From: Eledone cirrhosa
Taxonomy: Eukaryota
Direction of reading: 5' to 3'
Length of the DNA: 64,000 nucleotides
Assembly: GCA_964016885.1 (NCBI GenBank)
Contig: OZ024742.1
Span: forward strand, 341,310,001 to 341,374,000
Positions 12,101-24,914 of this stretch are shown here, one piece after another. The stretch's first letter is position 1. Each line of letters opens with the position of its first letter. The position numbers were made by a program, and so were the translations under genes. The notes under the pieces were generated by a model. The model saw only the letters and a list, made by a program, of their open reading frames with translations, was not told the DNA's origin and did no database searches.

Positions 12101-13486
12101 TCCAGGTGGAGAAAAACTGGAACAAAGTCACCGCCATGGTATTTGCGCTCACCCAGAAGTGGGCAGAGTGCAAACTATCATTGAAAGGTCGAGCGGAGGT
12201 GGGTACACTTTCATAGCGTCCGTGATCTACTACCGCTTGTCCGTCGTGCCTTATTCCCGTGAATACCTCACGGAGATGGAACGCATGCTCTTCCAGTTCC
12301 TTTGTAAGAAACAGGCTCTACTGGTGAGGATATCCGTCTGCTGTCAGCACCCTTCCAACGGAGGGCTGGGCATGCCGTGGCTAATGATGCGCAAACATGC
12401 GCTGAGGCTACAGCATCTCCAGGTATTCCTCACCGACCAACCAGTGTGGGAACCGTTTGTGAGACAGGCATTCCCACAACTTGTCTCGCTGACGGAGCTG
12501 CAGTCCTGGGTCAAGTGAAGACCGAAAAAGATGGGCGCCTGGTACATTGAATGCGCCCAGGCGCTCATAGTCCTCTGTTAAGCGGGCGCAGCAATCAGTA
12601 AAGACTCCACTTCGACATTCTATAGAGGGTTAGTACTTTACAAATGCGACGACGTGCTCGAGGAGACTCTGGGCGTCGAAGTTGACAAGTTCACCAGTCT
12701 ATTCGGTAGGACTTCCACCAGGGACTTATGGACAACTTCCAGAGGACCCTGGCCTGGCAGTGCTACTGAGGAGCTCCACCCGTTCGAGACAAGATCTACA
12801 GGCACGGACGCTCCGGCAGGGATCCTTCCAAGAGGACGCGTCCAAGATGCGAGCAGGACATTGAAACCGTCTTGCACGCAATTGTACACTTCCCGGGCGT
12901 AACCGACCTGTGGAACTATGCAGAACAACTGTTGTCGCGTATGGAACAAATCCAGTTGACTGCCGAGTTCATAGTAAGGATCAAACTGCCAGCCTCTTTC
13001 AAAAACGAAAGAGGCGGTTTTCCTCTGTACAGTGGCTATGGTGAAGGAAGTTATATGGTGGACGAGATTGAGAGGACTGAGGACAGATGCCTTTCTCTCC
13101 GGACAACAATTGATTCCCTTCTTTAAGTATCACTTTAGAAGGAGAATCACAGTGGAGAGAGAGGCACTGCTCAGTAAATTTACTGAAAGGTGGGTGAATG
13201 AAGCGAAAATGGCCCGAGTGATTGGGCCTTCTCGGTTTATAAGCCTGTAGGTTGAAGAAGAGAGCAAAAGGAAGAAAGGTGCACTTGCACAACACGCTCC
13301 TGGATTTGAGGGTTGTTCTATCGACGGGGTATTAAACAACCCATTTGTGGCGCCTCCCACCTATTGAGGATTTCGATTGTTATAATTGTTTGTTTCCATA
13401 TTTTTACACGACTGTATGTAAAATCCCCGGCATGTGTCTTTGTATTGTCCCCTTTTCTTGTGCGCCCTTGTGGCAAATAAAGAAAT
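9188..13486 (+). pseudogene. Degraded Tx1 LINE copy C (frameshifts, stops, internal deletions)
   Basis: Fragments PTYMGKRTQ, NLDQSKTFDRVDH, SAYADD, GGLGMPWL; ORF1 stop at 10334, ORF2 stop at 13250; 3' AATAAAGAAA then (TCTA)n. Confidence 0.9.
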
Positions 13487-14027
13487 ATATCTATCTATCT
13501 ACCTATTTATCTATCTATCTATCTATCTATCCACTTATCTCGATCTGTCTTACCCACACAGAGACACATAAATGTAAGTATCTGCAATCTTACTGATATA
13601 TTTACACTGACTCACTGGCTGGCAGTGTCAAGTACACTAAACAATACTAAACAAATACTACAGAACTACAAGAAAAACAGGAACAGTCGTAAAGCATCGG
13701 CATTGCATTAACACCTCATATGTAAAATATATTGCTTCAGATTATAACATTGCCAGAAGTTCTCAATATATTTGTCTTCAGAGTTCTTCACATATTCCTG
13801 TCAGATTTCTATGTGTCTTTGAACTCGGGTGTCTATCTAACTGTGTATGTATCTATGTATACATACGTGCGTATGTATGTATGCATGTATGTATGTATAT
13901 ATGTTTGTGTGTGTATGTTTGTATGTTTGTATGTTTGTATGTATATATCTATATATGCACGTATGTAAGTATGTATGTATGTAATTATGTATGTATGTAT
14001 ATATATGTGTGTGTGTGTGAGTGTATG

Positions 14028-14059
<32 letters not shown>

Positions 14060-14346
14060 CGATATTAACGAATGGAAACTATATTTATAACACTATATCT
14101 ATTTTATTATACATATTTCAAGGATACCATGTTAAATTATGGTATGCTTTCATCAGACAAAATACAATATATACCAGTTTTATAAATAAATATTGACATA
14201 CCCTTACAAAATGCAACCGTTACTTTTGGAAGACATCGGGATAGTTTTACATCGGGATATATTTACTCCAAATACTTGTCGAGTGCTTTATATCAGTTAT
14301 AAAAATATTTGCTTGTTGTATCCCAACAATTTAAATAGAACTTTTG

Positions 14347-14390
<44 letters not shown>

Positions 14391-14395
<5 letters not shown>

Positions 14396-14735
14396 CACTG
14401 AGGAACTGGAATCATATATGATTCCAGTTCCTCAGTGAAATAACAACCCAACCAGGAACTGGGCATATCAGAGTATTGACAAAATTATACACCTCAACAA
14501 CATATGTACTTGTCTATACCACACTAATTCGGACAGCCTGAAGAGGTCACAGCCAAAGATGGCTGTCACCGAAATATATATAGCAGTAATAAACGAAGCT
14601 AAATTTTAAACATTTGACATATTTATTTTAATTTATTTTACATTACTCCGGGGTAACCAAACCAACCTGCGCACTTCGTCGAGTGCTCCAGCCTGCAAAC
14701 TGAGGTGTTGGTATACAACCAACATATACTCAAAA
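14391..14735 (+). mobile_element. Small PLE-derived (pseudo-LTR) fragment with 5' fold-back and HHR motif, inserted in (TA)n
   Basis: 52-bp perfect palindrome 14391-14442, HHR core from 14538, AATAAA at ~14588. Confidence 0.6.
14533..14587 (+). ncRNA. Type I hammerhead ribozyme motif (stem I mismatched)
   Basis: acagc CTGAAGA GGT..ACAGCC/GGCTGT..ACC GAAA TATATATA gcagt. Confidence 0.55.
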
Positions 14736-14765
14736 TCTCTCTCTCTCTCTATATATATATATATC

Positions 14766-15989
<1,224 letters not shown>

Positions 15990-16027
15990 ATATAATCTTC
16001 TATACACACTCATATACACCCGTATAT

Positions 16028-16090
<63 letters not shown>

Positions 16091-17968
16091 TATATATATA
16101 TATATATATCCCACATCTTCCCAACCCCACCACTCCCCTCCTTCAAACGCGCACGCAATCTCCGCACCCTCCTCGTCCACAGCTCCCTACCCCCAACCCA
16201 CGTCCGTCCCCCCCCGTTCCTTCCCCTGTTCTAGGCCCCGCTGCAACACCTGTCCCCACATCACCAACATCACCACCTTCCAGGGTCCCAACGGCCACCC
16301 TCTCTCGGTCCGGCATGCCTTCCGCTGCACCTCCTCCAACCTAGTCTACGGACTTCGTTGCACGAGGTGCAGCGCAACTTATGTCGGACAGACGGGACGC
16401 CGCCTGGCGGACCGAGTCACGGAGCACCTCCGGGACATTCGTCTCGGGGGCAGTTCCCCCATCGCCCGCCACTTTGGTGGCCCTGGACACTCCGCACGCC
16501 ATCTCACAGTCTGTGGCCTACTCCAGTGCCACGGAACACCCGCCCATCGCCTCACGGTCGAACAACGTACTATCTTCATCTTACAGACCCACACTCCCCC
16601 CGGCCTGAACTCCCCACCCTTATTCCTTTAGCGTTCGACCGCCCCCCTCCCCCACTTATCCCCCACTAACACCACTAACACACCCCTCCTTTTCACCGCC
16701 CACCCCACACTAACAATACTAACACCTCCACTCCACTCCACCCCTCATCTGACCACCCTTCCCCAACTAACATACTAACATCCCTTCCCTCCCCTCTTCT
16801 CCTCCTCCCCCGTCCTTATCACACGCACACACTTACACCACCCACCCCACACGCAACTAACATCACTAACACCCTCCAACCCCACGCACACGTACCCACA
16901 CACCCTCGTACACCACCAACTCTACACACCCTACCCCCACTAACCCCCACTCACACCTGCACCCCACCCCTCCCCACCTCCCGTCTACTAACACCCACTA
17001 ACACCTCCTCACCAAACTACACACACACCAGTACACCACACTCCCTCCATAGAACCACACACCCCCTTCTCTCCCCACTCCACACTCACTCATCCCACTA
17101 ACACCCCTACTAATACACACACACACACACCCTCCTCACTCCAACTCTCACACCTACTCATCCTCGCCTCCCTACCATTCCGCTGACTGCTGCTATGCCC
17201 TTCCGACCACTGTCTCAGCACCAACTGACCACAGCACTTCCACTGCTGACCACTTCCTGTTGCGCGCGCACCCCACATCTCTCCTCTTCCTACCACCGCT
17301 TCTTGGATTACCCACACGCGTTTTGACTTCCAACCAAAATCTCCATACATCCGTGTAACTTACCACTTTCAACCATCGTCTTACACCATCACCTATATAA
17401 CTCACCCACACACACATCCCAAAACAATTTTTTTTATCCACACGCCACCCACACCCACAACACGCTTAAACCACACACACACGTGCTTCCCACCACATAT
17501 TTACACCCTCAGCCCCCTGATTCCTCTCCCCCACCCCCCTACCCACACACGCACAGACCCTCCGACACACAAAAACACCCCCCACACACACCTTCCTGAA
17601 CATGCAACCCCGTTCTTCCTCCAACTCTCACTTTCACATACACACACACACACACACACGCACACCTAACCACACACACCACCTTCAGCCCTCCCCGCTC
17701 GGACACCCCGTCTCCCTCTCCCCACTCCACCCGCCACCACCTCTACTCACCCCACACCCTTCCACCACCTGTTTACCCCCCCTTTTAATTTCAGTTTATT
17801 TTGATCATGCCTTTATTTTTAAATGTTCTCATTCCTTGTATTTTGATCATGCTTTATTTTTATTTATTATTTATTATATTTTTGTCTTTATTTGTTAATT
17901 TTTCATTCGCACCGTTTCCTTTCGCTATATGTCTCTCCACCACTCCCCTACACACCTTTTGAACTCTC

Positions 17969-18000
17969 ACCTGAAGAAGGGCTTATGCCCGAAACGCCGT
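17969..18000 (+). ncRNA. Minimal hammerhead motif, 5' pLTR (cleavage triplet is GCC)
   Basis: CTGAAGA A GGGC TTAT GCCC GAAAC GCC. Confidence 0.65.
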
Positions 18001-18549
18001 CCTCCACCTACCCCCCACTCTCCTGAGCGTGAATTTAATAAACATTTATCGTACTGCCTCTCTGTTCTGTCCCTGTTCAATTTTTCATTATACATAACAC
18101 ACGCTCACACGGCCTCCACCCTTGGAACTTAACTTAACAACCGGCTCAACCCCGATCTAATCCGCCGTGACCTTTCTCCGAACTTTACACACCTTCCCAC
18201 ACTTTGTCTTTCCTTCCACGCATTACCTCTGTTTGATTTTGTTACCGTACCCCTTTTTTTCCGTATATGATTCTTTGCCTGTGTTCCTACAATTGTATTC
18301 CATGATTTTTTGTTCACGATTCGCCTGTGTCATTACCTTTATGATATTTCTATGATTTTTTGTTCACGATCGCCTTTATGATTTTTTGTCTTTAATTTTC
18401 CGGTGTTTACTCCCCCCTCCCTACGTTTTTCTGGTTCTTTTTCCCTTCCCCGTCTCTGCCTATCCTTCGCACTCACCCCTTCGTTCACTCCACCCCGCTT
18501 CACACCCCCGCCCTCTCATCCCTCCCCCTGCTTTCACCCAACGCCCATC

Positions 18550-21348
18550 ATGGCCAACCTGAGATCCTTTCTCCACCAACTCCACAATCGCCTCAAACTT
18601 TTCCTCACCCGCCTCCTTCCACCCTGCTATCTCCCCTCCGCCCTTCAACTCTCCTACCTTCTCTTCGCCAAAACCCGGCACTCCAGCCACATCCATTTCT
18701 TCAGCCACTGCCTCCGCCTCCACCTTATCCCCCTTGGCTTCCGTCTACACTTCCACCCCTCCCCCGCTGCCTCCCCCTCCGCGCAACGTATCCTCACCCG
18801 ATCCTCACGCCTTCTGATGCGCAACTCCATCCGCGCCTTCCGTTCTACCCTCCGCCTACTTGACCACCAACTGACCCCCACCCCCCTCCGCCTTTACTCC
18901 ACCTGCCACCCCCTCCTCGCCCAAGCCATCCTCTCCTTCATCCACAACCTCAACCACAACCCCTTCTCGTTCCTCAGCTCCACCAAAGCTCGCAAGCTAC
19001 ACTCACTCCTCCCAACCCCCCATCCACCACCACCCGCCCATCCCCATACACCCACCACTCCCCACCTCTCCCCCGACCCCCACCCCCACCCAATCTCCAC
19101 CCCTCACCACACCCTCCCTTCCCTCCCCTAACACCCAAACCCCACCCCTTGTTGTCACCATACCCCCTGACCTCCCCCTCTCCGCACCTGAGCGCTCACT
19201 CCTTAGTAGAGGCCTTCGCTTCATACCCCACACTCCGCTCAGCGACGAGTTCCGCACCCGAACGGAAGTCGAGCGATTCGTGCGACGCACTAAGCTACAG
19301 GCACATTTCAACCGAACGCCACCGGCTCCGGACGCCCCAGACCCGTTTCTCGCCCTGGGCCGACGACCATCTTCTTGGACGCCGGCCCCAGGGCAATTTA
19401 GCACCCTGGACGCCTTCGTCGATGCCAGCCGTAGCGCAGTAAATCGTTTCGACTTCCGCCACCGTTCCAAACGGCACAACATCTCACGGGGCGAACTCCT
19501 CGCTCTCCGCTCCCTCCGTAGCCGAGATGACATCGTCATCAAACCGGCGGACAAGGGAGGCGCCGTGGTGGTATGGCGCGCGGACCTCTACACGGCCGAA
19601 GCCCTCAGGCAGCTCTGTACAACCCTCTTTTACCGCCCTCTACCCTCCGATCCCACCCCCCTCTACCAACAACAAGTCTCCTCCACCATCAAAGACCTTA
19701 TCGCCTCCTCCCTCCTCCCCCCACCGCTTCCCACCTCATCGTCCGCACACCCCGCACCCCCACCATCTACTTCCTCCCCAAACTCCACAAACCCGACAAC
19801 CCCGGCCGCCCCATCGTCTCCGCTTGCAACTGCCCCACCGAACTCATCTCCGCCTTTCTCGACTCCCTCCTCACCCCCCTTGTCACCACCCTCCCCTCCC
19901 ACATCTCTGACACCAACCACGCCCTGCGCCTTTTCGACTCCTTCACCTACCTACCCGGCCCTCAGCCATTCCTCTTCACCCTAGACATCAAGTCCCTCTA
20001 TACCGTCATCCCCCACGCCGACGGCCTTCGCGCCCTCAAACACTACCTCGACCTTCGCCCCTCCCCCATTCCCTCCACCCCCACCCTCCTTCGCCTCGCC
20101 GAGCTGGTCCTCACCCTAAATTGTTTCTCCTTCTCGGGTGAGTTTTACCAACAGGTCACGGGGGTAGCCATGGGCACAAGAATGGGCCCGAACTATGCCA
20201 ACCTTTTTGTTGGCCATGTTGAGGCCCAAATCTTTGCCCAGAACACCGGCCCCACGCCCGAACTGTACGGTCGTTACATTGACGACTGTATCGGAGCCAC
20301 GACCCTCACCCGAGTACAGCTCGACTCCTTTCTCTCCTTCTTCTGCTCCTTCCACCTCTCCCTCCACTTCACCACTTCTATCTCCACCACCCACGTCCAC
20401 TTCTTGGACATCTCCGTCGCCTTCGACCCCTCCCACCACTCCCTCGTCACCTCCGCCTTCTTCAAACCCACCGACTCCCACTCTTACCTCGACTTCACCT
20501 CTTCCCACCCCACCCACACTAAACTCTCCATTCCCTACTCCCAACTTCTCAGGATCCGCCGCCTCTGTAGCCGAGATGCTGACTTCGAGTCCCAGGCCCT
20601 TTCCCTAGTCAGCCATTCCATCCGCAGAGGTTACCCCCCCTCTCTCGTCCACACCGCTCTCACCCGCGCCCGTGCTATCCCCCGCTCCACCACCCTCACC
20701 CCACGCCACCGCACACCCACCCACCGTCTCCCCTTCCCCATCACCTACCACCCCTCCACCTTACCCCTCCACCGCACCATCCGCCGCCTCTTCCGACACC
20801 TCCAGTCCGACCCCTCCACCTCCCACATCTTCCCAACCCCACCACTCCCCTCCTTCAAACGCGCACGCAATCTCCGCACCCTCCTCGTCCACAGCTCCCT
20901 ACCCCCCAACCCACGCTCCGTTTCCCCCCCCGGTTCCTTCCCCTGTTCTAGGCCCCGCTGCAACACCTGTCCCCACATCACCAACACCACCACCTTCCAG
21001 GGTCCCAACGGCCACCCTCTCTCGGTCCGGCATGCCTTCCGCTGCACCTCCTCCAACCTAGTCTACGGACTTCGTTGCACGAGGTGCAGCGCGACTTATG
21101 TCGGACAGACGGGACGCCGCCTGGCGGACCGAGTCACGGAGCACCTCCGGGACATTCGTCTCGGGGGCAGTTCCCCCATCGCCCGCCACTTTGGTGGCCC
21201 TGGACACTCCGCACGCCATCTCACAGTCTGTGGCCTACTCCAGTGCCACGGAACACCCGCCCATCGCCTCACGGTCGAACAACGTACTATCTTCATCTTA
21301 CAGACCCACACTCCCCCCGGCCTAAACTCCCCACCCTTATTCCTTTAG
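18550..21348 (+). CDS. PLE RT + GIY-YIG endonuclease ORF (~930 aa) interrupted by two compensating frameshifts in C runs (~19120 and ~19720)
   Basis: KPADKG, YFLPKLHK, RPIVS, LDIKSLYT, GVAMG, RYIDD, CSRPRCNTC linker, VYGLRC..C...YVGQTGR..EH; ORF pieces go frame 1, frame 2, frame 1. Confidence 0.88.
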
Positions 21349-22686
21349 CGTTCGACCGCCCCCCTCCCCCACTTATCCCCCACTAACACCACTAACACAC
21401 CCCTCCTTTTCACCGCCCACCCCACACTAACAATACTAACACCTCCACTCCACTCCACCCCTCATCTGACCACCCTTCCCCAACTAACATACTAACATCC
21501 CTTCCCTCCCCTCTTCTCCTCCTCCCCCGTCCTTATCACACGCACACACTTACACCACCCACCCCACACGCAACTAACATCACTAACACCCTCCAACCCC
21601 ACGCACACGTACCCACACACCCTCGTACACCACCAACTCTACACACCCTACCCCCACTAACCCCCACTCACACCTGCACCCCACCCCTCCCCACCTCCCG
21701 TCTACTAACACCCACTAACACCTCCTCACCAAACTACACACACACCAGTACACCACACTCCCTCCATAGAACCACACACCCCCTTCTCTCCCCACTCCAC
21801 ACTCACTCATCCCACTAACACCCCTACTAATACACACACACACACCCTCCTCACTCCAACTCTCACACCTACCCATCCTCGCCTCCCTACCATTCCGCTG
21901 ACTGCTGCTATGCTCTTCCGACCACTGTCTCAGCACCAACTGACCACAGCACTTCCACTGCTGACCACTTCCTGTTGCGCGCGCACCCCACATCTCTCCT
22001 CTTCCGACCACCGCTTCTTGGATTACCCACACGCGTTTTGACTTCCAACCAAAATCTCCATACATCCGTGTAACTTACCACTTTCAACCATCGTCTTACA
22101 CCATCACCTATATAACTCACCCACACACACATCCCAAAACAATTTTTTTTTATCCACACGCCACCCACACCCACAACACGCTTAAACCACACACACGTGC
22201 TTCCCACCACATATTTACACCCTCAGCCCCCTGATTCCTCTCCCCCCACCCCCCTACCCACACACGCACAGACCCTCCGACACACAAAAACACCCCCCAC
22301 ACACACCTTCCTGAACATGCAACCCCGTTCTTCCTCCAACCCTCACTTTCACATACACACACACACACACACACACACGCACACCTAACCACACACACCA
22401 CCTTCAGCCCTCCCCGCTCGGACACCCCGTCTCCCTCTCCCCACTCCACCCGCCACCACCTCTACTCACCCCACACCCTTCCACCACCTGTTTACCCCCC
22501 TTTTAATTTCAGTTTATTTTGATCATGCCTTTATTTTTAAATGTTCTCATTCCTTGTATTTTGATCATGCTTTATTTTTATTTATTATTTATTATATTTT
22601 TGTCTTTATTTGTTTATTTTTCATTCGCACCGTTTCCTTTCGCTATATGTCTCTCCACCACTCCCCTACACACCTTTTGAACTCTC

Positions 22687-22718
22687 ACCTGAAGAAGGGC
22701 TTATGCCCGAAACGTCGT
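22687..22718 (+). ncRNA. Minimal hammerhead motif, 3' pLTR
   Basis: ac CTGAAGA A GGGC TTAT GCCC GAAAC GTC gt; minimal HHRs are established features of PLE pLTRs. Confidence 0.75.
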
Positions 22719-22804
22719 CCTCCACCTACCCCCCACTCTCCTGAGCGTGAATTTAATAAACATTTATCGTACTGCCTCTCTGTTCTGTCCCTGTTCAATT
22801 TTTC

Positions 22805-22909
<105 letters not shown>

Positions 22910-23092
22910 GTTATATAGTAAGGTGCATTATTGGTTGTGTAAAATGGTCCAATAAATTTATGTTAGCAATATTAAGTTGTCCGCGCTTTTGTACATCTCC
23001 AATTCCATTCAAGGGAACAGCTAGATGATGTAAAACGGAGTATAAGTATCAAAATGAAAATCCGAAGGCAAGGTAAAATTCTAATTATTTAA

Positions 23093-23166
23093 TCACGACA
23101 CATGTTTCAATAAGAGATAGATCGATTGTGAAGCCATGATCGATTATCACTGATCTCATCAGGTGA
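23093..23166 (-). ncRNA. Type I hammerhead ribozyme with long stem II
   Basis: tcac CTGATGA [GAT..GATA ATCGAT..ATCGAT..TATC..ATT] GAAAC ATGT GTC gtga. Confidence 0.7.
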
Positions 23167-23449
23167 AAATGAATTGTCTTCAAATTCTTGATATGAGGGA
23201 GAAAAATAACGATGTTCTCTCACAGAATTCATTCCCTCATATGAAGACACAGCAGTGAGAGACACGGCGACTGCTATTAACTTCAGTTGAGGTCATAAAA
23301 GTTGTCAGATTTCTATCGCTGCAAAAGACGCTGGACATCAATCAAATCTGTAGGGATATAGTTAATGTGAGTGGATACACACACACTCCACACCCACATA
23401 CACCGGCTCGAGGTCAAAGAAAAAAATATATACATATATATATGAAATA

Positions 23450-24912
23450 TATGAAATATAAGAATCAAAGAACTGTTCAAAACATTATTGTGCTTACAGC
23501 TGTTTCCTCCAAACCGAGGTTTGGATTCTTCGGAGCAATTTATTAATGCATGGACAGTTATATGACCTCCTTTTCAGCCGAGAGACATACCAAATACATA
23601 TTCAAACATTGATACATATTCAAACATTGTGGGTCAACATTCATTACAGAATTTAGAGTGGCAGTACACACTTCGAGATTACATTTATATTAATAGGTAC
23701 AATCAAAAATCAAAGATATAGGTTAAAGTACAACATGAAGATAAGTGGTTATATAGTGCAAATGTTATATGTGTGGCACGCATGTGCGTCTTGTTTATAT
23801 AGTGTGGCAGAGAGATATGTGTGGTAGAGGCACTTAGGTAGGTAAATAAGAGTGTTAGGTTGGTAGGTCTGGTGGCAAAGTCTTTATATGATTGATATAG
23901 TCTGTGTGTGGAGAAATATTATAAGCATTAAAGATAGTGCAAGCATTAAAAGTGTTATAAGTATTGGAGATGCACAGCGCAGGGATGTCAAGTAATTCAT
24001 GTACTTCGGCATTTTCATGGTCAAGGGAGTGTATATTTCGATTATATGCCTTTCACATAATCCACGACAATCCAGTTAGAGATCGTAGTCTGGTGTTCTT
24101 TAGTTCGATACAGGAGGTTGTTACGTTTCGAGAAACGCCATTGAATACCGGAAGTGTGTGTGTGGCTAAGGGGAGTTAATGCATGCGGGGAGGTAACTCT
24201 GGGGTTTCTATATCTAGCCATTAAAATGTGTCCCAATATAGACCCTAAATTCTATGGTGAGGTGCACCTTCCAAGAGAGACTTTTAAAGCATAAAGTGTA
24301 CTAACTATAGAGTAGTTTAACTAAATTATGCTGAAGGTGATCATATTATTATTAAGGTGGATTAACCCATCTTAAGGTGCTACAAATGGAAATTATAGAT
24401 GATGAGCGAGGATTCTAAATTAATGATCTCTGTGGTTGTAGTCTGCTCATATGACCAGGCGCGGTGATTGCAGGATTGCTTCAGGACCCAATGATCTCTG
24501 GTAAGATCTGGGTCATCGCTTGCTACATTGGATGTCGAAAGATAATCGTCCCCAGGCAGGCCAAAGGTCAATCCGCAGTCCTCGCGACCCCTCTCTGACC
24601 GTCAGATCATCCATATACGTACAACCCGCACGGCAGTTGCATTGCATTCACTCACTGCGCTCAGCAGCCCGGTCCTACTGGTCAACAGCGCTACTCGATT
24701 AAATCATTTTACATCTGTCTAAGGAAGGTGTTTCCTCTGCCCAACACCATCCAACCGATCAATTCATGCTCAAATTACCCTTAGAGCGGTGTAGTGCCAT
24801 CAAGTGGGTGGATGTTGTCACACCTGCCGTAGAGGTATAAATGGGTATTTTCCCTGCGAAAATACTACACCTCTATTTCCCCTATCCTATTAAATAAGGC
24901 ACTTATCATGGC
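23450..24912 (-). pseudogene. Highly decayed Penelope-like element remnant
   Basis: YMDD encoded at 24606-24617 on the minus strand, weak GIY-YIG-like stretch near 24050-24140, HHR motif downstream. Confidence 0.4.
23491..23537 (-). ncRNA. Type I hammerhead motif with core variant CCGAAGA
   Basis: tgct CCGAAGA A TCCAAACC TC GGTTTGGA G GAAAC AGCT GTA agca; palindromic stem III. Confidence 0.65.
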
Positions 24913-24914
24913 CA

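Noticed and set aside
21349-21900. Telomere-like repeats in the PLE UTR
   Set aside because: The motif is ACTAAC in dispersed pairs, not tandem CCCTAA.
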